From IMG/VR virus record IMGVR_UViG_3300045988_057025: a DNA stretch of 64,000 nt. One strand, 5' to 3'. The notes below the pieces were generated by a model, which saw only the letters and a list, made by a program, of their open reading frames with translations, was not told the origin of the DNA and did no database searches. This document shows, piece after piece, positions 49,954 to 58,279 of the stretch. This DNA comes from a virus. The translations under genes and the position numbers were made by a program. The stretch's first letter is position 1, and each line of letters opens with the position of its first letter.

Positions 49954-50030
49954 AAAATGCAGGTATTTATCTCGTTACACCTGCGAGTCCGGCAATCCTT
50001 TCTTATATACCGCGTGAGCTGGCGGTTTTG

Positions 50031-50104
50031 TAGGGCTAATCAGACTTGAACTGATAACCTCCACATTATCAGTGTGGTGCTCTAACCAGTTGAGCTATAG
50101 CCCT
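50031..50104 (-). tRNA. tRNA-Ile(GAT)
   Basis: acceptor AGGGCTA/TAGCCCT; anticodon arm CCACA-CTGATAA-TGTGG; T-loop TTCAAGT. Confidence 0.8.
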
Positions 50105-50110
50105 ATTATG

Positions 50111-50671
50111 TGGACCTAACGGGAGTCGAACCCGTGTCCAAACAACCCTCGTTACAAGGATAACGTGCGTCTCATTTTTATTATATCAGCTAGGGAGTTC
50201 TAGCATTTAGGTAGTTTTATAAGTCTTACAAGAGTCCATACTAAGTATTTCTCTAGATGCTTATCTACAAGCTACCAAACTATAGGGCTGACCGAAGTCA
50301 ACGTTCCACCACTCCATTTACGTTGGAGAACGGAATGATACTTTAGAGATTCGTCACATCTCACGGAACACATCTTCCATCTGTTTTATGACATAGGAGA
50401 TTCAGTCTTACTAACTCTTAGAGTGTTCTGATTAAGAGCATATTACTAGGATTAGAGCCTAGCTCTCCATTATATCAATATACTCAACCTCTTCTGTTTC
50501 TAGGTCTCTCCCGTAACCCGACTTAGTTAATAGTGTCTACCAACAAGCCAGCAGCTTAGGCTGCCATTCTTACTTCGCTATAAGTAGCATTTATTATTTT
50601 CCTTCGTTTAAAGAGATTGCGCTCTACACGTCCTTATAATTCGTAATCGCCTGTCAAATCCAAGTAGGCCC
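50111..50671 (-). ncRNA. ssrA: tmRNA (SsrA)-like RNA, unusually long (~560 nt)
   Basis: 5' GGGCCTACTTGGATTTGACAGGCGATT matches tmRNA 5' consensus GGGGCUGAUUCUGGAUUCGACGGGAUUU; 3' GGACACGGGTTCGACTCCCGTTAGGTCCA matches GGACGCGGGUUCAACUCCCGCCAGCUCCA; G3-U70 pair; P2 pairing AAGGACGTG/CACGTTATCCTT; candidate tag ORF ...GCT ACT TAT AGC GAA GTA AGA ATG GCA GCC TAA (ATYSEVRMAA*). Confidence 0.6.
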
Positions 50672-50713
50672 ATGTTCCAGTTTATCTCTGATTAGAAAAC
50701 TGGAGAAAAGAAA

Positions 50714-50971
50714 TTATAGCATTATAGTTGAGCCAGGAGGCAAAATTGTGACCTTACAAGTAAGCAAACGACGCGTATCCTCAACAGTAAACAGCTTAGG
50801 ATAGCATAGACCGCTACGCCCACCAATGATAATTAAAGCATCTCCGTACCTCTGAACTATAGTTCCAGGCTCCATTTCCTCGTCACAGAACCAATTTACA
50901 ATCTCAGCTACATCTCCATCTTTCATATTTGTAAGATGTGTTGTGATTGTCTTATTAATTACTTTTGCCAT
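50714..50971 (-). CDS. hypothetical protein
   Basis: 85 aa ORF. Confidence 0.3.
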   Translation of the reverse strand: MAKVINKTITTHLTNMKDGDVAEIVNWFCDEEMEPGTIVQRYGDALIIIGGRSGLCYPKLFTVEDTRRLLTCKVTILPPGSTIML

Positions 50972-51533
50972 GTAAACACTGTTTTAATATTTCCTTAGTA
51001 ACTACTCTATCAGCTTCTCTAGATAGCTTATCCAACTTTTCTAAGTCAAACTCGCTAGACTGGAACTTAAATTGAATCCAAGTTGGTTCACTAGGTCTAT
51101 AGTCTAAATAAGTCTCACACTTATCAGTTCCCAAAACCTCATGCACCATAGCTAATATACGTTCACCAGCAGCTTTAGTTTTTACGAATCCAGATAAATC
51201 ATATCCAACACCTCTAGAACTCCAGTATTCTCCTTCCTCTGGACGAATGTCTTTTGGTTCCCAATGCCAGGCAGAAACACCGGACCTAGGATGAGCAATA
51301 CGATGAGCATACTCCATTACGGATTCCGAATTTGGATCAGAAGGATTCTCTGGATGAGAGCCATATTGCACTATGCCTTTTCCGTTATCACTTCTTATTT
51401 CGAATGTTAGTTTACAATGTCTGCAAGTTCCAGAGGTAACTCCTCCGCAAGAGAAACAACCACTGGTCACAGAATCACATCCACAATTAGGACAACCCCA
51501 TTCCTTAAATTCTGAGAATAATATAGATAACAT
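50955..51533 (-). CDS. hypothetical Cys-rich protein
   Basis: 192 aa; N-terminal CPNCGC...CFSCGG...CRHC cluster. Confidence 0.3.
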   Translation of the reverse strand: MLSILFSEFKEWGCPNCGCDSVTSGCFSCGGVTSGTCRHCKLTFEIRSDNGKGIVQYGSHPENPSDPNSESVMEYAHRIAHPRSGVSAWHWEPKDIRPEEGEYWSSRGVGYDLSGFVKTKAAGERILAMVHEVLGTDKCETYLDYRPSEPTWIQFKFQSSEFDLEKLDKLSREADRVVTKEILKQCLHGKSN

Positions 51534-51826
51534 TAGTAATTAGGTTTAAATTCTACTTCCTTTAATACAACATACATCTTACCATCCTTCTGTTCTATAC
51601 AACCATTGGCCTGTAGAAAATTAATTATAAAGTCCATAGGAATGTGGTAATTGTCAGTTACAAGCATACTGCCATCAATATGATAGCGTTCTTTTCTCTC
51701 TAATCTAGTGGGATTACCATTTATAGTAATCTCACCAGAACATTCATTATCCTTATCTGGTTTAATTCCCTTTATGTAAATAGAATAACCAGCTTCAGCT
51801 AAATAAACTTGTTGTATTACACTCAT
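51533..51826 (-). CDS. hypothetical protein
   Basis: 97 aa ORF. Confidence 0.3.
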   Translation of the reverse strand: MSVIQQVYLAEAGYSIYIKGIKPDKDNECSGEITINGNPTRLERKERYHIDGSMLVTDNYHIPMDFIINFLQANGCIEQKDGKMYVVLKEVEFKPNY

Positions 51827-52248
51827 AGTTTTGGAACATCAGAACGGTTATCATGATAGCCCTCGTCCCCAACAAGTTGGGCTAAACAACCGTGCATATA
51901 AGGAACAAGTTCGGGTTTCTCCTTATAACACCTGTATAGCATCCAACTCATGCTCATAGAGTTTCCACTATGACCATTATCAAAGTACGGAAGTTTGTCT
52001 TTGATAGCCTCAATCAGCTCAAATAAGCTAGGATATTTCTCATAGAAGGCTTTACATTCCTCTAGACTCATTTCTTTGAAAAACTCGGTAAACGATAAGG
52101 CCTGCTTTATACAACCCATTTCATAACCAAATAGGTCATTTTCTTCAAATGTACCATCACCAGCTTCAATGAATAAACGATTGAAACGTTCGATTCTCTC
52201 CTGAAATTCTTTCGGAAGAGATTCCTTTGTAAGATTCTTGAAATCCAT
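51823..52248 (-). CDS. hypothetical protein
   Basis: 141 aa ORF. Confidence 0.3.
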   Translation of the reverse strand: MDFKNLTKESLPKEFQERIERFNRLFIEAGDGTFEENDLFGYEMGCIKQALSFTEFFKEMSLEECKAFYEKYPSLFELIEAIKDKLPYFDNGHSGNSMSMSWMLYRCYKEKPELVPYMHGCLAQLVGDEGYHDNRSDVPKL

Positions 52249-52279
52249 AATCTAATTTTAATTGTTAAAAATAACTTAG

Positions 52280-52352
52280 TAACGGGAGTCGGATTCGAAC
52301 CGACGACCTTCAGGTTATGAGCCTGACTAGCTACCTCTGCTATCATCCCGCG
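52280..52352 (-). tRNA. tRNA-Met(CAT), first of three CAT tRNAs (Met/fMet/Ile-lysidine not resolved)
   Basis: anticodon arm TCAGG-CTCATAA-CCTGA; T-arm GTCGGTTCGAATCCGAC; D-stem TAGC/GCTA; imperfect 1-72 pairing. Confidence 0.65.
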
Positions 52353-52560
52353 ATATTACAAATGCTTTTTAATTAGTTTACAATGATTATACTCTCCTCC
52401 CCATCTAATAGGAAACTCTTTTTCCTTAGCCTCTTTATACTTCTCTGCCTGTTTCTTGTCTAAGAAGATTTGGCAATCAGTTTCATAATTTTGAGGAGCA
52501 TTAGCTGGTGATAATTTACTACAACTACATATACTTTCATAATTTTTTAAATAAAGTTTG

Positions 52561-52633
52561 TGGACACGCAGGGACTCGAACCCTATCTTCCGGTGTGCAA
52601 AACCAGCGCTCTAGCCATTTGAGCTAACGGCCC
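52561..52633 (-). tRNA. tRNA-Ala(TGC)
   Basis: acceptor GGGCCGT with G3-U70; D-arm GCTCAAATGGCTAGAGC; anticodon loop TTTGCAC; T-loop TTCGAGT; lower acceptor stem pairs poorly. Confidence 0.6.
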
Positions 52634-53162
52634 ATTTTTGGGATTTTCTTTTTAATTGGTGACATACCCATAAATTTCCACTGTTAAGATTCCATAACTT
52701 AACAACACCAGATAAGTTTTTTTTGTTTGAATCATGTTCTAGTAGCATAAGTTCGCAACCATGCTACTCTCTCAGTTCATCGACTATCGTGTCAGAAAAG
52801 GTCTCTATGATTTCGCAGGGACTGGCTTCAACTTAAACCCCGAATGGATTTTTACCTTGCCAGGTCAGGATATTATTACGTTTCTAGCACTCTGAATTGA
52901 TTTAGCCTGTTTAATCTTATAATCACGAACTACTTCTTTCATATAAGAGTTAAATTCCTTCATGTCTTTCCATGAAATCTCATTAGCTAGTTTTGGAGTT
53001 TGAAACATTTTGTACTTTTCTAATAGGTCTTTCATTTCTCTCTTTAGTTTTCAAAGCATTTTCACACGCTTGTTTCTTCATTACATATGGACAATCACAA
53101 TTTCCACTGTAGTACCAACAACAATAATCACACTGATGCATAATCTAATATAAGGTCAATAG

Positions 53163-53234
53163 CTGGGGCACATGGACTCGAACCATGATTCTTTGATTAA
53201 CAGTCAAAAGTTCTGACCTTTGAACTATACCCCA
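53163..53234 (-). tRNA. tRNA-Asn(GTT)
   Basis: acceptor TGGGGTA/TGCCCCA; anticodon arm TTTGA-CTGTTAA-TCAAA; T-arm CATGGTTCGAGTCCATG. Confidence 0.8.
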
Positions 53235-53479
53235 ATAGTTAATTTTCTCCACGGGTGTAGATAAGTACCCCTTTGGTACTTACCTTTTAGTAGTATCTTT
53301 ACTCTAGACCTCTATAAGGAGGCGGAATAGTTCCAGAAACTAACCATGTATAGCTCTTAGAACTCTGTTCAAAATACCACTTAGCAGCTTTCTTCACAAC
53401 ATTAATTACTTTCTTCATAACATCAAAGTTTAAAATTGTTAATAATTAATCTAATTCAGAGCCACAAAAGGAGTTTCGT

Positions 53480-53557
53480 TGCGGAGGTAGGATTCGAACC
53501 GTTTATGACGATTTCTAGGTTATGAGCCTAGCGAGATGACCACTTCTCTACTCCACG
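53480..53557 (-). tRNA. tRNA-like gene with CAT anticodon (initiator-like C1xA72 mismatch; irregular T-arm)
   Basis: acceptor CGTGGAG/CTCCGCA; D-arm GAGAAGTGGTCATCTC; anticodon arm CTAGG-CTCATAA-CCTAG; 11-nt variable region and only 2-3 bp T-stem around TTCGAAT. Confidence 0.45.
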
Positions 53558-53982
53558 ATATTGGCAGCTACTTTACATCCGCTACCCAGGGATGCCTCTA
53601 TCACCAGTGAGGCACGGACTATTCTAACCGTATAGCACGACTGGTTGGTAACGTCTCCAGACACGGCATTTAGACTGAAAATGTCGAAACAGTGATTTAA
53701 AGATTAAATAGGCTCTGGAAGATATTTCCAAATGTAGCCATACTATGATTTGGTTTTATTCTTACAGCATCCTATAATATGACTCTATGCAGATTTATTG
53801 TCAGTAATTCCGTTATTAATTAACCATTCCTAAGCTTCTCTGGAACCAAAGAATACCTGTATAAAATTACCTGCTAAGTCATACTAAGCAATTAACTTTG
53901 CGTTACTTTTTCTAATTTTTATATTATTTGCCTTCAAAACTTTGTAAATAGTGTCTTTACAGCACCCTATTTTTTCTTGTAT

Positions 53983-54339
53983 CTAAGAACTAGTATATCC
54001 CAATCTAGCTAATTCTACAATTTCACTATGATTGTATAGAATAGTGCCATCTCCTCCTTTAGAGGCATTGTACCCATTAGAACCATAAGTTCCTAGCTCT
54101 TTTATCCAATAGATTTCTCTTTCAGATAATTCAGAGTTACTATCTACATATTCCAATTCCTCTATCATAAAGTTCTCAACACCATACTTATTCATGGCAT
54201 CATATAAAGGTCTTTTGTTGCATCTTTCTTTCTAAAAGTCATAACAATGTTCCTTCCAGCGCTCTTCTATAGAAGTAGTAGTTTTTCCTACGTATCGCTT
54301 GCTATTAATTAAATTTGTAATGCAATAAATATATGCCAT
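53983..54339 (-). pseudogene. GIY-YIG homing endonuclease interrupted by in-frame TAG codons
   Basis: MAYIYCITNLINSKRYVGKTTTSIEERWKEHCYDF-TAG-KERCNKRPLYDA MNKYGVENF...NASKGGDGTILYNHSE...; table ORFs 54232..54495 and 53983..54195 are the same frame separated only by TAG at 54232-54234; second TAG at 53983. Confidence 0.55.
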
Positions 54340-54359
54340 ATTTTTAAATTTAAAATTAG

Positions 54360-54444
54360 AATCCGTGGAGGGATTCGAACCCTCATTAAAGATTTCTCTT
54401 TTCAGTTTTGCAGACTGATGGCTAAACCATTCACCCACACGGAT
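54360..54444 (-). tRNA. atypical tRNA with GCA (Cys) anticodon and a long hairpin variable arm
   Basis: acceptor ATCCGTG/CACGGAT; anticodon arm TCAGT-CTGCAAA-ACTGA; variable arm AAAGA-GAAA-TCTTT (5-bp stem); T-arm GAGGGTTCGAATCCCTC; 85 nt. Confidence 0.5.
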
Positions 54445-54445
54445 A

Positions 54446-54748
54446 TTAAGATTTAAAGTACTTCTCTCTAAATGGGATATTAAATAATGAATCATTAATA
54501 TCCTTATCAGTTATTTCCCTACCTAGAGCCTTCTCCGCACATTCGCTACAGATAAACACATGGTGGTCTGGATAATAATCTTTACCTCCCCCTTTGTAAT
54601 AAGAGGAGAATTTCTTTGCAGCTTCTTTTTCAAAATTGGTTAGCTTAAAGTAATTTATTATCTTGTTCCAAACCTCATCAATAAACATTGGAGAGTTATG
54701 GTCTCCATAATAAAATTCTTTATTACATACTGTACACTTTATTTTCAT
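54446..54748 (-). CDS. hypothetical zinc-ribbon protein
   Basis: 100 aa; CTVC...CSEC pairs. Confidence 0.3.
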   Translation of the reverse strand: MKIKCTVCNKEFYYGDHNSPMFIDEVWNKIINYFKLTNFEKEAAKKFSSYYKGGGKDYYPDHHVFICSECAEKALGREITDKDINDSLFNIPFREKYFKS

Positions 54749-54763
54749 AAAACTTAAATTTTG

Positions 54764-54835
54764 AGTAGGTAATGAGAATCGAACTCACATCCTCGGCATG
54801 GCAAGCCGATGCACTAACCGTTGTGCTATACCTAC
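54764..54835 (-). tRNA. tRNA-Gly(GCC)
   Basis: perfect acceptor GTAGGTA/TACCTAC; anticodon loop TTGCCAT; T-arm GTGAGTTCGATTCTCAT. Confidence 0.8.
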
Positions 54836-54841
54836 AAATGT

Positions 54842-54916
54842 GCAGATAGAGAGACTCGAACTCTCCCCTTCAGATTGGAAGTCTGACGTGCTCAAACCAT
54901 TAACACCACATCTGCA
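54842..54916 (-). tRNA. tRNA-Gly(TCC)
   Basis: acceptor GCAGATG/TATCTGC; anticodon arm TCAGA-CTTCCAA-TCTGA; T-arm GAGAGTTCGAGTCTCTC. Confidence 0.8.
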
Positions 54917-54952
54917 TAAGGAGAGTTATACGATACTCTCCTAAACGCTATC

Positions 54953-55294
54953 TTAAGATAGTAATTCCTGTGCCTCAATCTCGCCGATTATTTTAGTAAC
55001 CGCAATCTTGAACGGATTTCCCTTAGTCTTGTCAAACAGATGTACATCACGTACCTCGTCAACCTTGTCAGGAACATTCACCTTTCTTTTCCCTCTCTCT
55101 ATGGTCTTCCAAGTGATGACTTCGCACCGTTTCACGTCATAAACGCTATCGTTGCGGTCTACGTAGACCTTGAAGAAGTTCTTCTTATGCTTCACAATCT
55201 CAACTCTTTTAAAGTTTTTGATGTTAGCACGAAATTTCAAATCGCATTTTCCATTAGGTAAGAAAATCAATTCTGCCATAATGATACTCCGCAT
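54953..55294 (-). CDS. hypothetical protein
   Basis: 113 aa ORF. Confidence 0.3.
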   Translation of the reverse strand: MRSIIMAELIFLPNGKCDLKFRANIKNFKRVEIVKHKKNFFKVYVDRNDSVYDVKRCEVITWKTIERGKRKVNVPDKVDEVRDVHLFDKTKGNPFKIAVTKIIGEIEAQELLS

Positions 55295-55415
55295 AGTCGG
55301 AGATTCAAAGTTAAACTATGTTAATTCCAGTCTTTCGTCTGGCACTCCACCTCGTTTTAACCAATAGCTACTGTTCTTCACTACTTGAGCTAAGCTCTAA
55401 ACTGGGATAAAGGTA

Positions 55416-55799
55416 TTATTCTATATACATAAATGGTTTTCCAAATTCTTGCCTGAAAGACTCAAGCCAGCCTTCCATTTCCTCATCACTATCAAAATAG
55501 ATAGACTCATCATGTCTCTCAGAGAACTCTAGAATAATATGCGGCTTCTGGTATACTATTCCATCCTTGTAGAAGGACGTTCTCTTACTAATTGATTCGA
55601 GCATCCCTTTCTCAGAGTAAGTCCCAAAGCATGGGTCTAGAAGATACCAATAATCAATATGCCTTTTCCAGAATAAAAATTTGGTATCCGCTATTCTATG
55701 CTTCCATTCTGGATGTTTTCTAGTTTTAAAAACTAGTATCCTCTTTATTAAATTTCCATTAATATATTTATTCATAATTAATCCCAATATTCTGGACAA
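55416..55799 (-). CDS. hypothetical protein
   Basis: 127 aa ORF. Confidence 0.3.
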   Translation of the reverse strand: MSRILGLIMNKYINGNLIKRILVFKTRKHPEWKHRIADTKFLFWKRHIDYWYLLDPCFGTYSEKGMLESISKRTSFYKDGIVYQKPHIILEFSERHDESIYFDSDEEMEGWLESFRQEFGKPFMYIE

Positions 55800-56206
55800 T
55801 CATCTGTCGTTAATAATCCTTTCTCGCATAGACCTCCATCATAGAATATACATGATGAGCATGAAAGATTGTCCCTGGACTCATATTCCTGAATACCTTC
55901 CTGGATATCTTTCTTAGCCTTATATCTATCTTTTCTATTCTCTTTCTTATATTCGTACTGCATCATCTTACTTCTGTAGGGAGAAGTGCAATTCTTAAGC
56001 ATTTTGGCATACTTGGAATCATTAAGAAAATCCGTAATTGATTCACAAATTCTCAGTGCTCTATTTCTGAAAATAGGAACATTATACTGAACACTGGCTT
56101 TAATTCCGTTTACCGGGATATAGAACTTCCCGCAAGAGTTATAAACTTTTTTAGCTCTAGAAATCCACTTTCTTTTAGAAAGCTCTCTTCTTAATTTTCT
56201 GTCCAT
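55778..56206 (-). CDS. hypothetical basic protein (trimmed to internal Met to clear tRNA-Cys)
   Basis: table ORF 55778..56437 runs through tRNA-Cys; Met at 56206 gives 143 aa. Confidence 0.3.
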   Translation of the reverse strand: MDRKLRRELSKRKWISRAKKVYNSCGKFYIPVNGIKASVQYNVPIFRNRALRICESITDFLNDSKYAKMLKNCTSPYRSKMMQYEYKKENRKDRYKAKKDIQEGIQEYESRDNLSCSSCIFYDGGLCEKGLLTTDDCPEYWD

Positions 56207-56226
56207 AGGCAAATAAATTAGTGTAG

Positions 56227-56300
56227 AATCTGGAGTGGGATTCGAACCCACGAAACACGGTTTTGCAGACCGTTCCCTTAGACCACTCAGGCATCCAGAC
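56227..56300 (-). tRNA. tRNA-Cys(GCA)
   Basis: acceptor GTCTGGA/TCCAGAT; anticodon arm ACGGT-CTGCAAA-ACCGT; 5-nt variable loop; T-arm GTGGGTTCGAATCCCAC. Confidence 0.75.
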
Positions 56301-56327
56301 ATAAAGGGGAGACTAGCTCCCCAGTTT

Positions 56328-57512
56328 TTAGAGTACCAAAGAATCGTATCTTCCTGTACGATACAGAGATGGCTTACTGTTAGGATCTTTAATCCAGTAG
56401 TAGTTAATTTCGTTACCGTTCTTAGTAACAATAACATTCAACTTCTTGTCAATAGCGATAATCTCGTCACTGTAGAAGCCGTCTCCCACCTTAAGATTGC
56501 TGAACTTGGTAGAAGAGTAGATAAAGTAATACGACAGGTTGTGGAAGTTATGGCGACGATACTCATAGTATTCGTTGAGAGCTTTTCTTTCCTCCATAGT
56601 ACAGTTATCCTCATCGTTAACAATAGGCTTAGGTATAGGATTATTAAATCTCTCAACAGCCTTGGAGAAGTTCTCAATAGAGAACTTATTCTTGTCTTGC
56701 TCAATTTCTCCAGTGTAAGCATAACCTCTGATACAGGAATACTCATACTCATTAGTTACTACATTGAAGAAACTCTTAGCCTTTCTCAAACCTTCAATTC
56801 CATGAATGTTAACTTCATTAACTATAGTTTTGAGAATATCAATAGTTGATATGGTCAAAGAATCAATGAAGTCAAGCAAATCTTGACGTGCTTCTGGAAC
56901 TTCCAAGGCATCGTCTAGATATTCGTTTACAACCTTCAAATCAAGATTTTCAAACTTCTTGACGTAGCGGATTCTAGACGGACGTCCTACCATATTATCG
57001 TTGATAGACATTGCATTAGTAGTCAACAAGAATACCTTACGATACTTAGAGTTATAAACTCCATCCATAATTTGGAGGATTGTAGAATCCGACTCGCTGA
57101 AGTTCTTTTCAAACTCGTCTAGGAAGAGAACACAGTCTCCCTCAATGCCAGAGAGAAACTCAATCATAGATTGATTATGGTCTCCCATATCCTTTACTAT
57201 AATAACAGGAAGGTTCAATTTGTTAGCTAATTCTTTAGCTGTGACAGTCTTTCCAGTACCTTTTGTACCAGTAAGCATGATTCCCAAGTTTCCTTCCGTG
57301 TTACTATAAGTTTTGATTACATAGTCTATGAAATCTTCCTGCAGTCCATATATCTTGTACGGAAATACGAACTTGTCTGCATACTTATCCAGGTGATAAC
57401 CTGTCATTGTCAGACTAATACCGTAAATACCGACCGGAAGAGATTCCGAAACCTTGTAACCTGAGCCTACTTGGGTGTATGTAGACCCGGAACACATCCA
57501 AACTTTGTTCAT
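56328..57512 (-). CDS. AAA+ family ATPase
   Basis: 394 aa; Walker A MLTGTKGTGKTVTAKE; Walker B VLFLDEFE. Confidence 0.6.
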   Translation of the reverse strand: MNKVWMCSGSTYTQVGSGYKVSESLPVGIYGISLTMTGYHLDKYADKFVFPYKIYGLQEDFIDYVIKTYSNTEGNLGIMLTGTKGTGKTVTAKELANKLNLPVIIVKDMGDHNQSMIEFLSGIEGDCVLFLDEFEKNFSESDSTILQIMDGVYNSKYRKVFLLTTNAMSINDNMVGRPSRIRYVKKFENLDLKVVNEYLDDALEVPEARQDLLDFIDSLTISTIDILKTIVNEVNIHGIEGLRKAKSFFNVVTNEYEYSCIRGYAYTGEIEQDKNKFSIENFSKAVERFNNPIPKPIVNDEDNCTMEERKALNEYYEYRRHNFHNLSYYFIYSSTKFSNLKVGDGFYSDEIIAIDKKLNVIVTKNGNEINYYWIKDPNSKPSLYRTGRYDSLVL

Positions 57513-57743
57513 TTCTTTATTTTTAATTGTTATTTAATATGAATGTTTCAGAACATTCAGTTAATTAAAGTTCTCCACTGTCTTTGATAAGTTCTTTAGC
57601 CTTATCCATTCCAGCTTCGTAAGCCTCCACAACGTACTGTATAGCAGTTTTTGAATCAATCTGATTCATGGAGTTGCTATTTTCTACCAATTCTTGAATA
57701 ATTTCACTTAACTCTTTCATAATCTATAATCGAATAAAAGTTG

Positions 57744-57825
57744 TAGGGTAGGAGGGACTCGAACCCTCACACATTTCTGTACTAGATCCTAAGTCTAGCG
57801 CGTCTACCAATTCCGCCACTACCCC
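57744..57825 (-). tRNA. tRNA-Leu(TAG)
   Basis: anticodon arm CTAGA-CTTAGGA-TCTAG; long variable arm; T-arm GAGGGTTCGAGTCCCTC. Confidence 0.75.
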
Positions 57826-57829
57826 AAGG

Positions 57830-58279
57830 TTACAATTCCCTGTCTCTTATTTTCTCAGCCATAGTACACATCTCTTGATAATACTCGACTACCTTATTGA
57901 ACAATTCTTCAGGAACTATTGTACACTTTTCACTTCTCTGCCCAGGAAGCCAATAACGATTTATCATTCTCTTCTTTTCAAGACCTATTCTAGTTGTATT
58001 GCTATCTATAAAGACCTCATAGAAATCTTCTTTAATATCTTCTCTAAGGGCAGTAATATCTTTAGTTATCTTAAAATAACCAAATGATTGTCTATTGAAG
58101 TTTATTTGAAAGCATTTTCCCTCAAAACTTTTTAGAAGTTGATTATTTTCTTCTTCTTTTAGTCTCCTTCTTTCTGCTTCCTCTCTAGCAATATTATCTA
58201 AATATTCACAATACTCTTGAAGAGAACAGCCAGGATGCTTCCTGGCATATTCTTTCATTGGACTTTCTCTTGACCACAT
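57830..58279 (-). CDS. hypothetical protein
   Basis: 149 aa ORF. Confidence 0.3.
   Translation of the reverse strand: MWSRESPMKEYARKHPGCSLQEYCEYLDNIAREEAERRRLKEEENNQLLKSFEGKCFQINFNRQSFGYFKITKDITALREDIKEDFYEVFIDSNTTRIGLEKKRMINRYWLPGQRSEKCTIVPEELFNKVVEYYQEMCTMAEKIRDREL

Noticed and set aside
52107-52346. 79 aa ORF
   Set aside because: Overlaps tRNA-Met(CAT) at 52280-52352 on the same strand; it is a translation artefact of the tRNA sequence.
53575-53640. tRNA-like stretch (RC GTGCTATACGGTTAGAATAGTCCGTGCC...)
   Set aside because: Has a D-arm-like segment but no T-loop or matching acceptor strand; treated as a fragment or pseudogene.
54340-54495. Upstream part of table ORF 54232..54495
   Set aside because: Overlaps the atypical GCA tRNA (54360-54444). 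The GIY-YIG gene starts at the internal MAYIY Met at 54339.
56207-56437. Upstream part of table ORF 55778..56437
   Set aside because: Runs through tRNA-Cys (56227-56300). The gene was trimmed to the internal Met at 56206.
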